A DNA stretch of 64,000 nucleotides from an uncultured Actinomycetota bacterium (GTDB taxonomy: Bacteria; Actinomycetota; UBA4738): positions 4,035-68,034 of the forward strand of contig CAVYRK010000001.1 in NCBI GenBank assembly GCA_963770955.1. The letters run 5' to 3'. Of the stretch, positions 54,065 through 64,000 are shown piece after piece (positions within the stretch are counted from its first letter, which is position 1; every line of letters begins with the position of its first letter). The position numbers and the translations under genes were made by a program. A model generated the notes under the pieces. It worked only from the letters and a program-made list of their open reading frames with translations. It had not been told where the DNA came from and did no database searches.

Positions 54065-54076
54065 GGCGTGCCGGCG

Positions 54077-55304
54077 CTAGGGGGATTGCACGCGGCCCGC
54101 GACCGAGAGACGTGACGAGGCCGCCTGGCAGCTGAAGGCGGCCGGCGCCTTCCGCGACATGACCCCGGTGAACCGGGTCGCGCGCCACACGCGATCGATG
54201 TAGTGCGCCGCGGTCACCTTGATGGTGATGGCGACGTTCGTCCGGATCCGGTTCTGGTTCGAGCCGCACGCGCTGTAGAGGTCGGTGCCGGTCCCCGTGT
54301 ATCTCGTGCCGGTCTTCGCCAGGATCGTGGGTGTCTGGCCAGGTGCGAACGTCGCGCACGCTGACGCGGCAAGCCCCGGTCGGGCACCGCGGGGTCATCG
54401 CCCAGACCGTGTAGTCCTTCTCGCCGGCATGCTTGTTCTGGTACGTCTCCTGCAGGAACACGGTGTTGACGTCGAAGCGCCCAGAGAGCCGGGCCTCTCC
54501 CAACGGCGGCGGCGGCGGCATCGCGACGTGGGACGTTTTCGAGACGGGCTTCCCGTTCCTTGCCGTGCCCGTGATCGCGTACACGTACTGCTGCGCGGGA
54601 AGGGCGGTGGCGTCCTCGTACGTCGTGGCGTTGCCGGACACGGTCCCGAGCGTCTGCCCGTCGCGCGTGACGGTGAACTTCGTGAATCCCTGGCCGGAGG
54701 TCGCCCACGACAGGTTGACCTCGATCGGTGACGCGGCGGACGCGGTGAACGAGGTGATCCGCGCCGCCCCCGCCGCGCCGCCCCCGCCCCGGGTCCCCCC
54801 GCCGAGGGCCAGCGCGGTGGCGATGCCCGCGACCAGGAGCACCACCACGACGATCGCGGCGATCATCGCCCCCCTGCGGCGGGCCGGCGCCTCGGGTGCC
54901 GAGGCGGCTTCGGCCGAGGGGATGTCGGCCGCTTGGAACGCCGGCGTGACGCCCTCGGGCAACGGCTCGGTCCCGAGCGCCGAGGGAGTCCCCGGGGCGT
55001 CCAGCAGCACCTCGAGGGTGGTCGCCTCGCCGATGCGGATGTGATCGCCGGGGACGACGGCCAGCGAGCCCACCAGTCGCATCCCGTTCAGGAAGGTCCC
55101 CGACGGGGTGCCGAGGTCGGTCAGGGTCGCCGTTCCCTGCCCTCCCCGGACCAGCGCGTGGTGGGCGGAGACGTCGCGCCCATGGAGCGGGAGGTCACAG
55201 GAGTCGGCGCTCCCGATGAGGAGCTCCTCGGTGACCTCCGCCGACTCACCCTCATTGGGCCCTGCTTCGACGACGATCCACATTCGGGGACACCTCGGCT
55301 GCAT
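54077..55304 (-). CDS. FHA domain + single TM + extracellular FN3-like protein, frameshift near 54340
   Basis: LIGS..CD...VSAHHA...TDLG..SGTFLNG...GDHIRIG; TM AAIVVVVLLVAG; VNLSW..VTRDG..YED..YVYAI. Confidence 0.75.
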
Positions 55305-55401
55305 TCGGCTCCAACGGGTTCGAAGGACCGTACGACCTGCCGGTCGGGAGGGTCAACCCGGCGGTTGGTCGTCCCCCAGCCGCCCCACGAAGCCCCGCGC
55401 G

Positions 55402-55418
55402 GGTGTGCACCGCGCATA
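55402..55418. promoter_or_regulatory. Candidate PucR-family operator, copy 1
   Basis: GGTGTGCA-CCGC-GCATA, near-palindromic; shared with 62121-62137; upstream of TATCCT (-10). Confidence 0.55.
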
Positions 55419-55481
55419 GTCCCGGCGTTCGCGAACCCCCATGCTATCCTGCCGTCGACGCAGCCAGGAGGAGCGCTGCCG

Positions 55482-57388
55482 GTGGCTCAGTCGGTCTACG
55501 CCGCGACCCAAGGGACGGGCACGACGCACACAGCCCGGCGACGCGGCGCGGGCGCTCCGGGACGTGCTCCAGAGCCACCGGACCGACATGCGGGCCGTGT
55601 TCGACATGGTGGCCACGCTCACCTCGACGCTCAGCCTGGACAAGCTGCTGGCCTATGTCGTCAAGCTCTGCGCCGAGCTCACCGGATGCGCCGGGGCGCT
55701 GGTGTACCTGTGGGACGAGGACCGCGAGCGGCTGGTCGTGCGTGCCGGGGTCGAGGGATACGAACAGTGGATCGGCCGCTTCTCGATGGCGATGGGGGAG
55801 GGGCTCACCGGCTGGACGGCGATGACTCGCCAGCCCGGGATCATCCGCGACAACCCCACTGCGGACCCCCGGTTCAAGTCCGTCCCCGAGCTGAACGACG
55901 ACCGGCTGCAGTCGTACCTGACGATCCCGATCGTGTCGCCGTCCGACCACCTCCTGGGCGTCATCACGCTGCACACCGGGGCCCCGCACGAGTTCGACGA
56001 GGACGACCTGACGCTGATGCACACCCTGTCGCAGCTGATCGGCGTCGCCGTCGAGAACGCCCAGCTGTACGAGCGGAGGGACCGCCAGGTGAAGGTGCTG
56101 CACTCGCTGGCCGAGACGAGCAACGCCGTCGTCCAGACGTCGTCGCTCCGGCAGATGCTGCACCGGCTGGCCTCGACGGTCGGCTCGTTGCTGGGCGCCG
56201 ACCACTGCGCGGTGCTGACGCTGGACGAGGAGGGCACGCACCTCGGTCTGGAGACGCTCTGGTCGCGCGGCGCGGAGGGCAGTCCCGACCCCCCCGGCCG
56301 CCGTGCCGGCCGACGGACACTGGGCGCGAGCGCTGGGGGCGACCGAGCCGACGGTCCTCGCACGGCGGGAGCACCGCGAGTCGTTCGCGGCGTTCGATGC
56401 CATCGTGCCGAACGCTCGCACGGCGCTGATCGCGTCCATGCGCGTCTCGGACCGGGCCGTGGGCCTGTTCCTCTGCTTCTCCCAGGGGAACCACACGTTC
56501 GGGGCCGAGGACCGCGAGCTGCTGTCCACCGTGGCGTCGCAGGCCGCGCTCGCGGTGCAGAACGCCCGGTTGATCGAGGCGCTGACCGAACGCAACGTCG
56601 TGCGGGACCTGTTCGAGGCGCTGATGCTCGGCGACGAGGGCGAGCTCGGATTGGAAGCCCGGGCGCACCGCCTGGGGGTCGACCCGGCGCGGCCGTCGGT
56701 GATCGTGACCTTCGAGATCGACGGCCGGTCGCCCGACCCGGACGGGGACCGGGTGTGGTCGGGGCTGCGGCAGGAGCTGACCGGGAGCTTCCCGGGAACG
56801 CTGTGCACGTACCGCGACCATACGATGACGGCGCTGGTCCGCCTGTCGGAGACGACCGGCGTCGAGGCGCTCGCCGAGCGCCTGGACGCGGCCGCCGGCC
56901 GCCACGAGCGGCCGCCGGACCTGCTCATCTCGGCCGGCGTGTCCCGCGTGTGCCGACGTGCCGCCGACTACCCGGATGCCTTCGAGCAGTCGCGGCAGGC
57001 GCTCCTCATGGGCCGGACCACCCGGGGGCCCGGCGCGGTGGTGTCGTTCGACGAGCTCGGCGCGCAGTGGCATCTGTTCTCCGTCGCGCAGCAGCAGGTT
57101 CGCGACGTCTATCAGGAGCGGCTCGAGTCGCTGTTGGAGCACGACCGTGCCCACGGCAGCCAGCTGTTCCGCACCGTCGAGGTCTATCTCGAATGTCAGG
57201 GCAACGCGAAGCTCGCGGCGCAGAAGCTGTTCATCCACCGGAACACGCTGCGCCAGCGATTCGAGAAGATCACGAAGGTGACCGGCATCAACCTGTCGGA
57301 CACGGATCGCTGGTTCGACCTGATGATGGCGGTCCGGATCATCCGGCTGCGCGAGCTGTCGGACGCCGCCTACACGCCGCGCTCGTAG
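55482..57388 (+). CDS. PucR/CdaR-family regulator with two GAF domains (frameshifts near 55535 and 56290)
   Basis: GAF (GEGLTGW, SYLTIPI, AVENAQLY); C-terminal LFRTVEVYLE..GN..AAQKLFIHRNTLRQR HTH; AGGAGG RBS. Confidence 0.88.
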
Positions 57389-58650
57389 CGCTCCCGCTCC
57401 CAGTCGGTGACCGTGTCCTGCCACGCCTTCAGCTCCCAGGCGCGGGACGTCGCGTAGTAGTCGCTGAACCGCTCGCCGAGCGCCGCGCGCAGCACGGCGT
57501 CCTCCTCGAACGCGCGCAACGCCGAGTCGAGGGACGCCGGCAGCAGCGGCAGGTCGTCGCGCGCGTAGGCGTCGCCGTCGACCGGCTCGGGCGGCGTCGC
57601 GCCGCGCGCCACGCCGTCGGCCACCGACGCGGCGATGGCCGCCAGCGCCAGGTACGGGTTCGCGTCGGCGCCGGGGCGGCGGCACTCGAAGCGCGACAGC
57701 TCCGGCCGAGTCCGAGCGGATCGCGCGCACGGCGCACGATCGGTTCTCGAAGCCCCACGTCGCGTTGATGGGCGCGAACCAGCCGGGGACCAGTCGCTTG
57801 TACGAGTTCACGGTCGGGTTCAGCAGCAGCGAGGCCGCCGGCAGGTGCTCGAAGACGCCGGCCATCGCCGAGCCGAATACCGGCGGCAGCTGATCCTCGG
57901 CGGGGGACGCCGCCGCGAACGCGTTCGTCTCGCCGGACCAGCACGACATGTGGATGTGGCCGCTCGAGCCCTCCTCGCCGGTCGCCGTCTTGGCCAGGAA
58001 GCTGGCGCGCATGCCCATCGCGTCCGCGACGCCCTTGACGGCGAACTTCACCAGCGCGGCGTCGTCGGCGGCCCGGAGGCAGGGACGCGCGCCGAGGTTC
58101 AGCTCGAGCAGGCCGGGACCGGCCTCGGTGTGCACCGCCGAGAGCTCGACGCCGAGGTCCTCCAGCGCCGGGACCAGCGCGTCGACGAACGCGTCGTACC
58201 GTCCGATCTCGACCAGGCTGTAGCTGATCCCGGACGACAGCGGGCGCGCCGCTCGCGTCGCGCACGCGTACCTCGTACTCGAGGGCGGCACAGGACGTCG
58301 TAGTCGGGCATCGTCCCGACGACGCCGCGCAGGACCTCTCGCGACGCGAACTCGCACGGCGATCCGTCGGGCCAGCTCGGCGTGGCCAGGCAGACGCGCC
58401 AGCCGGGCCTCCACCGGAGCGGGTGTAGCGTGTCGGGATCGGGGTGGACGATCAGGTCGGCAGCGCCGGTCCGGATCCCGAACCGCTCGTAGTCGGCGAT
58501 CGGCGTGTCGACCGGATCGAGTCCCAGCAGGAGGTCGGTCATCACCGTTCCGTGCGCCACCGCGGAATCGAACGCCGCGGGGCGCAGCGCCTTCCCGCGC
58601 AGCGACCCGTTGACGTCCGGGAACCCCAGCAGGACGAACTCCGCGCTCAC
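57370..58650 (-). CDS. Glutamine synthetase-like gamma-glutamyl ligase (GlnA3/PuuA type), frameshifted
   Basis: PDVNGSLRGK, HTEAGPG..ELNL, FLAK..GSSGHIH, NSYKRLVPGWFAP, ENRS, E.R.PGADANPYL. Confidence 0.85.
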
Positions 58651-59997
58651 GTGTCCCCCGCCCGCCAGGGCCGCGGTGACGGCCGTCTCCGCGTGGCGCA
58701 CTGCGTCCGCGAACCGCTCCACCATCTCGCCGAGCTCGTCGTCGGTCGCAGTGAACGCCGGCGCCAGCACGGTGTGATCGCCGGTGAAGCCGTCGGGCGT
58801 CGCGTGCTGGGACATGACTAGCAGCCCGTGGTCGAGCGCGATCCGGTCGACCAGGTCGGCAGCGTCGACGGTCTCGGGCAGCGGGGAGGCTCCGTCGCGC
58901 GGATCGACGTACTCGACCCCCAGCAGGAAGCCGCGTCCGCGAACCTCCCGGACCATGGCGCAACCCTCGAGCGCAGCCTCGAGCTCGTCGCGGAACGCCG
59001 GGCCGCGGTCGCCCACGTGCTCCACGAGCTTCCGCTCGACCAGCAGGCCGACGGCGGCCGCGCCCACGGCGCACGACAGGGGGGCGCCGTCCCACGTGTG
59101 GCCGAGATCGAACTGCCGCGACCCCCGGTCCAGGGCGTCGTACACCTCACGCGTGCAGAGCACGGCGCCGAGGGGCGCGTGACCGGCGCCCAGGCCCTTT
59201 CCAATGGTGACGATGTCGGGCCGGATCGGGACCTGGGCGGCGGCGAGCCACGTGCCGACCCGGCCCACGCCCGGTGACGACCTCGTCGAAGCACACCAGG
59301 AACCCGTGGCGGTCGCGCCGTTCCGACAGACCGAGCCAGAACGCCTCGGGGGGCGACCAGCCCGGAAGCGCCGCGGCCGAGATCGGCTCGCAGAAGTAGG
59401 CGGCCACGGTCCCGGGGCCGGCCTCCTCCAGCGCGCGATCGAGCCGCTCGAGCGCCAGCTCGCCGGTGGGATCGGACCGCCATGGCGGGAGGTGCAGGTG
59501 CGAGGCGAGGTACGGCGTGAACGGCTCCTGCAGCGTGCGCCGGCCGCTGAGCGCCAGCGTGCCCATGGTCGACCCGTGGTACGCCTGCGCCTGCGTGATC
59601 ACGCGCCATCGGTCGGCGTCCCCCCGTTCGACGTGGTAGCTGCGCGCCAGCCGCAGCGCCGTCTCGTTCGCCTCCGAGCCGCCCGACACCAGGCGGACGC
59701 GTGCCATGTCCGGGGCCACCATCCGGATCAGCGTGTCCGCCAGCCGTTCCTGCGGCTCGTTGGTGAAGTGGTGGTTGTACATGTACGAGATGCGGTCGGC
59801 CTGGGCGGCCGCGGCGTCCACCAGCTCCGGCACGTGGTGGCCGAGCGACGTGACGAACGCGCCGCCCGAGAGGGCGTCCAGGATCTCGCCGCCCGTCCGT
59901 GGTGAACAGCCGGACGCCCTCGCCGCGCTCGACGTTCGGGATAAGGCCAGTCGAGCAGCTGCGGGAAGACGCTGGAGTCGGCGGCGACGACGGTCAC
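58647..59997 (-). CDS. Class III PLP aminotransferase, paralog A, frameshifted
   Basis: SGGSEANE, AYHGST, FDEVVTG, IGKGLGAG, GHTWDGAP, VRGRG. Confidence 0.88.
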
Positions 59998-60690
59998 GGG
60001 CGGGCGACCTCCTCCCGAAGCCGGGCGACGTCGTCGAAGAACCGCTCCAGGAGCTGCCACGCCGCGGCCGTGTTGCGCTCCGCGTTGGCGGCCGTGTCGG
60101 CCAGGATCGCGTCGGGGTCCACGCCCTCCGCGTCCAGCTCGTGCCGGTAGACGCGAACCCAGTCGTCCATGATCTCGGGCGTCACCTCGGGGTGGAACTG
60201 CAGCCCGAGGCTGCGCCCGGAGACGAACGCCTGCGGGCCGACGTCGGACTCCGCGATGAGGCGCGCGCCGGGCGGAAGCGTGAAGCAGTCGAAGTGCCAC
60301 TGGAACCACGGGCCCTCGGACATCAGCTCGGCGTCGGTCGTGCGGACCGGCAGCCAGCCGATCTCCGCGACGTCCGAGCGGAACACGGTGCCGCCCAGCA
60401 CCCGGGCCAGGAGCTGGCCCCCGATAGCAGAGGCCCAGGATGGGGACATCCGCGTCCAGCGCGCGGCGCATCAGCCGCGCCTCCCGCGGCACGTGCGGCA
60501 GGTGGTCGTCGAACGCGGCGAACTCCGCGCCAAGCGAGACGACCAGGTCGTGACCGGTGGGGTCCACGTCCTCCCGGGCCAGGTCGATCCGGACCTCGTT
60601 CGCCACGATGTGGTGGTGGGCCAGCCACTCCGTGACCAGGCCGGGCGGCGTCGCCTCCTCGTGCTGGACGACCAGCGCGCGCAGCGTCAC
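59994..60690 (-). CDS. Type 1 glutamine amidotransferase-like gamma-glutamyl peptidase, frameshift near 60425
   Basis: VVQHEE..PG, PILGLC, AEIGW, FQWHFD, LQFHPE. Confidence 0.88.
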
Positions 60691-62054
60691 GACGCGCTCT
60701 CCGACCGGCGCCGACGCGGGCAGCTCCGACTCCACTTCCTTCGCGACTCGGCTCACCGAGTCCGCGAACCGCGACACCATCTCGTCCAGGTCGTCGTCGG
60801 GTGTCGTGAAGGGAGGCGCGAACAGCGTCTGGTCGCCGGCGAACCCGTCCCGGGTCGGTTGGGTCGACAGCACGATCAGCCCGGCGTCGAACGCCGCCCG
60901 GTCGATCCGGCCGGCGACGCCGAGCTCCGGCGGCAGGAACGACTCGCCGTCGCGCGGGTCGACGTATTCGACGCCCAGCAGGAAGCCGTGGCCGCGGACC
61001 TCGCGGACCATCGGGATGCCGTTCAGGGCGCCGGTCAGCTGGTCGCGGAGCGACGGTCCGCGGTCGCGGACTCGCTCGATCAGCCGTTCCGACTTCAGCG
61101 CGTCGAGCACCGCGAGCCCCACCGCGCACGACAGCGGCGCGCCGTCCCAGGTGTGCCCCAGCGTGAATCGGCGCGAGCCGCTCGCGACGGCGTCGTACAC
61201 GCGTCCATGGCACAGCACGGCGCCGATGGCGGCGTAGCCGGCGCCGAGCCCCTTCGCCGTCGCGATGATGTCGGGCCGGCACGGGGTCGCGTTCCCCGCG
61301 AACCAGTTGCCCGTCCGGCCGACGCCGGTGACGACCTCGTCGAAGCAGACGAGGAACCCGTGGCGGTCCCGGCGCTCCGCCAGGCCCTCCCAGAACAGGG
61401 TCGGCGGCGTGTACGCGGGGAGCGCCGCCGCGCTGATCGCCTCGCAGAAGATACGCGGAGACGTTCTCAGGCCCGACGCTCTCCAGGACCCGGTCGAGCG
61501 CCTCGAGCGCCGCCTCGCCGGTCGGGTCGAACCGCCACGTGCTCGGCGGGATGTGCAGGATGCTCTCGGAGGTACGGACCGAACGGCCGCTGGAGCCCCG
61601 GCCGGCCCGTGAGCGCGAGCGTCTGCATCGTGGGACCGTGGTAGGCCTGGGCGGGGGAGATGACCTCCCACCGCTGCGGCTCGCCGCGCTCGACGTGGTA
61701 GCTGCGCGCCAGCTGGATCGCCATCTCGTTGGCGTCGGACCCACTGGTCACGAACCGGACGCGAGTGAAGCCCTCGGGCGCCACCTGCGTCAGCTCGCGA
61801 GCCAGCCGCTCCTGGGCGGGGTTCGTCAGGCGTTCGTTGTGCACATAGGACAGGCGGTCTGCCTGCGCCCGGGCCGCGGCCGCGATATCGTCCCGTCCGT
61901 GCCCGAGCGTCGCCGCCATCGAGCCCCCGCTCATGGCGTCGAGGTAGCGGTGACCGTCCGAGTCCTCCACCCAGGCGCCATCGCCCTTGACGACCACGGG
62001 GTACGCGACCTGGAACTCGAGTGGAAGGACGCGGGTGTCGCTGCTCTCGATCAC
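60687..62054 (-). CDS. Class III PLP aminotransferase, paralog B, frameshifted
   Basis: YLDAMSG, TSGSDANE, AYHG, FDEVVTGVGRTG, TAKGLGAGY, GHTWDGAP. Confidence 0.88.
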
Positions 62055-62120
62055 GGGTGCCTAGCGTACGGATGCGGCGAGGCCCGTCGAGATCGCGGCC
62101 GACACGTGCGGGGCCGGGAT

Positions 62121-62137
62121 GGTGTGCATGCTGCATA
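62121..62137. promoter_or_regulatory. Candidate PucR-family operator, copy 2 (divergent promoter)
   Basis: GGTGTGCA-TGCT-GCATA, between -10-like boxes TACGCT (minus strand, 62063-62068) and TAGTCT (plus strand, 62183-62188). Confidence 0.6.
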
Positions 62138-62218
62138 TCCCGCTCCGGCGCGGCGCGCTTGGGCGCGCGCCGGCGCCCGGCGTAGTCTGTGGCCCCTCGG
62201 CGACGAAAGGGAGGAGTA

Positions 62219-63547
62219 GTGGGCGAGGTCGGGACCATCCTGGAGCAGTGGCGGGAGTCGGGCGTCAAGTGGGTCCGTTTCGAGCTTCCCGACATGCACG
62301 GCAACTCGCGATCGAAGACGATCCCGATCCAGCACGCGGGATCGTACTCGGAGACGGGGCTCAACATGTACGGCGGCGCCGCGGTGCTGGACACGCGGTC
62401 GGACGTCGTCGGCGGCACCCTGTACAACGAGGAACGCGGGTACGGCGACCAGCTGCTCTTCCCCGATCCGGACACGGCCGCGCTCGTGCCGTGGGCGGAC
62501 CACACCGCCCGCCTGATCTGCGACCCGTCCTGGCAGGACGGCTCGGCCCCGACCGCGTCGCCGCGCCACGTGTACCGGCGGGCGCTCGAACGCGCCCGGT
62601 CGATGGGCTTCGAGCCGCTGACCGGATCGGAGTTCGAGTTCTATCTGCTGGACGGCGAGACCCATGCGCCGCTGTTCGAGGGCTACCACATCTTCAACAC
62701 GGTCCGGAACGACTGGGTGCCGACGATCCGGCGCATCCTGGAGGAGATGCCGCAGATCGGCGTGGACATCATCACGTCGAACTCCGAGTACGCCGGGTCG
62801 CAGTGGGAGATCAACTTCTCGCCCGGACGCGGGCTGCACGGGCCCGACACGGCGTTCACATTCAAGAACGGTGTGAAGGAGATCGCGAAGCAGGACGGCT
62901 ACCTGGCGACGTTCATGTCGAAGCCGTTCGCCGACGGCGCGGGGAGCGGGTGCCACACGCACCTCTCGCTGCTGCGGTCCGAGGATGGCTCGAACGCGTT
63001 CGCCGACGACGACGGCCCCGACGGGTTCTCCGAGGTCGGCCGCCACTTCATCGGCGGGTTGCTGCGCCACGCGAAGTCGATCGACGCGCTGATCGCGCCG
63101 ACGGTGAACTGCCTGCGTCGGAGGCGCCGCCATACGTTCAGCCCGACGAACATCTCGTGGGGAATGGAGGACCGCTCGGCGCTGATCAGGCTGAAGGCCG
63201 GGAAGCCGTCGCACCGCCACCTCGAGTACCGGGCGCCGAGCGCGCTGTCGAACCCGTACCTGGTCGGGGCGGCGCTGCTGTCCGCCGGGCTGCAGGGCAT
63301 CGAGGACAAGGTCGACCCGGGCCGGTCATCGCGCGCCGGTCTGCCGGCCGAGGACGACCCCGACTTCGAGAAGCTCCCCGCGTCGCTGGATGAGTCGCTG
63401 ACGGCGTTCGAGACCGACCCGCTGTCGAAGCAGTTCTTCGGCGGCGAGTTCGTCGAGGCGTATTCGGCGATGCGCCGCTACGAGCTGTCGCGACTGAACG
63501 ACTGGGTCACCGACTGGGAGCGGCAGGAGTACCTGGAGCTGTTCTAG
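62219..63547 (+). CDS. Glutamine synthetase-like gamma-glutamyl ligase
   Basis: PDMHGNSRSK, SEFEFY, EYAGSQWE, FMSKP..GSGCHTH, EDRS..IR, LEYR...NPYL; GGAGGA RBS. Confidence 0.9.
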   Translation: MGEVGTILEQWRESGVKWVRFELPDMHGNSRSKTIPIQHAGSYSETGLNMYGGAAVLDTRSDVVGGTLYNEERGYGDQLLFPDPDTAALVPWADHTARLICDPSWQDGSAPTASPRHVYRRALERARSMGFEPLTGSEFEFYLLDGETHAPLFEGYHIFNTVRNDWVPTIRRILEEMPQIGVDIITSNSEYAGSQWEINFSPGRGLHGPDTAFTFKNGVKEIAKQDGYLATFMSKPFADGAGSGCHTHLSLLRSEDGSNAFADDDGPDGFSEVGRHFIGGLLRHAKSIDALIAPTVNCLRRRRRHTFSPTNISWGMEDRSALIRLKAGKPSHRHLEYRAPSALSNPYLVGAALLSAGLQGIEDKVDPGRSSRAGLPAEDDPDFEKLPASLDESLTAFETDPLSKQFFGGEFVEAYSAMRRYELSRLNDWVTDWERQEYLELF

Positions 63548-64000
63548 CCGTCTTCCAGCACCAGGTCGGCAAACCGCCTGAACAACACCACTGCGCGCTT
63601 CAGCTGTGCCGGGAGCAACGTCCGGACCTCCTCGCGCAGCTCCTCCGGGACGCGTCCCCACTCGGGCTCGAGCTTGTCCTCGACGACGCCGAACCAGTAG
63701 TCGAGATTCGACGCGGTCACCTCGGGGTGGAACTGGACGCCCCACGCGCGGTCGCCGTATCGGAACGCCTGATTGGGCACGTGGTCGCCGGTCGCGAGGA
63801 GCACGGCGTCCTCGGGGATCGCGAACGTGTCCTTGTGCCACTCGAACATCTGGTCCCCGTCCACCAGCACCGACAGCAACGGATCGCGGGCGGCGTCCCG
63901 GGTGGGGTGGATGGCGGCGAACCCCAGCTCGCGCACGGGCGCGAGTGTGACCTCGGCCCCCAGGGCCCGCGCGAGTAGCTGGCCGCCCAGGCAGACCCCC
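63544..64000 (-). CDS. Type 1 glutamine amidotransferase-like protein (5' partial)
   Basis: GVCLGGQLLA, ELGF, FEWHKD, VQFHPE. Confidence 0.88.
   Translation of the reverse strand, partial: GVCLGGQLLARALGAEVTLAPVRELGFAAIHPTRDAARDPLLSVLVDGDQMFEWHKDTFAIPEDAVLLATGDHVPNQAFRYGDRAWGVQFHPEVTASNLDYWFGVVEDKLEPEWGRVPEELREEVRTLLPAQLKRAVVLFRRFADLVLEDG

Overview
High-GC, Actinomycetota-like DNA, gene-dense and mostly catabolic or regulatory. No rRNA, tRNA or CRISPR array was seen. About 20 genes are interrupted by single-base frameshifts, most likely uncorrected long-read errors rather than true pseudogenes. In order, the window holds: the end of an IS transposase, a DUF2294 gene, and a histone-deacetylase-like gene that switches abruptly in frame into a PaaI thioesterase near 1849 (chimeric or deletion junction); an aldehyde dehydrogenase, class III aminotransferase, VOC and CoA-transferase operon; a cation/H+ antiporter; two stand-alone cNMP-binding proteins; an S9 peptidase; a UbiE-like plus UbiA-like pair; several hydrolases; an RNHCP gene; a ChlI-like ATPase and vWA pair split by a nucleotide cyclase-STAND ATPase-solute-binding-protein fusion; ABC transporters; a glutaryl-CoA-type dehydrogenase; a RIO kinase and kynA; a PAS sensor kinase lacking its phospho-His; a yciI/ECF42 locus interrupted by a repeat-flanked beta-propeller cassette; trpB2; a MoaB-XdhC fusion and moaA; and a PucR-regulated gamma-glutamylation cluster. 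The best leads are two 19-codon leader-peptide attenuators (ahead of the RIO kinase and RNHCP genes) sharing a 10-mer, the cyclase-STAND-SBP5 fusion with atypical specificity residues, the direct-repeat cassette at the yciI 3' end, and a candidate PucR operator. All family assignments come from motif recognition; no searches were run.
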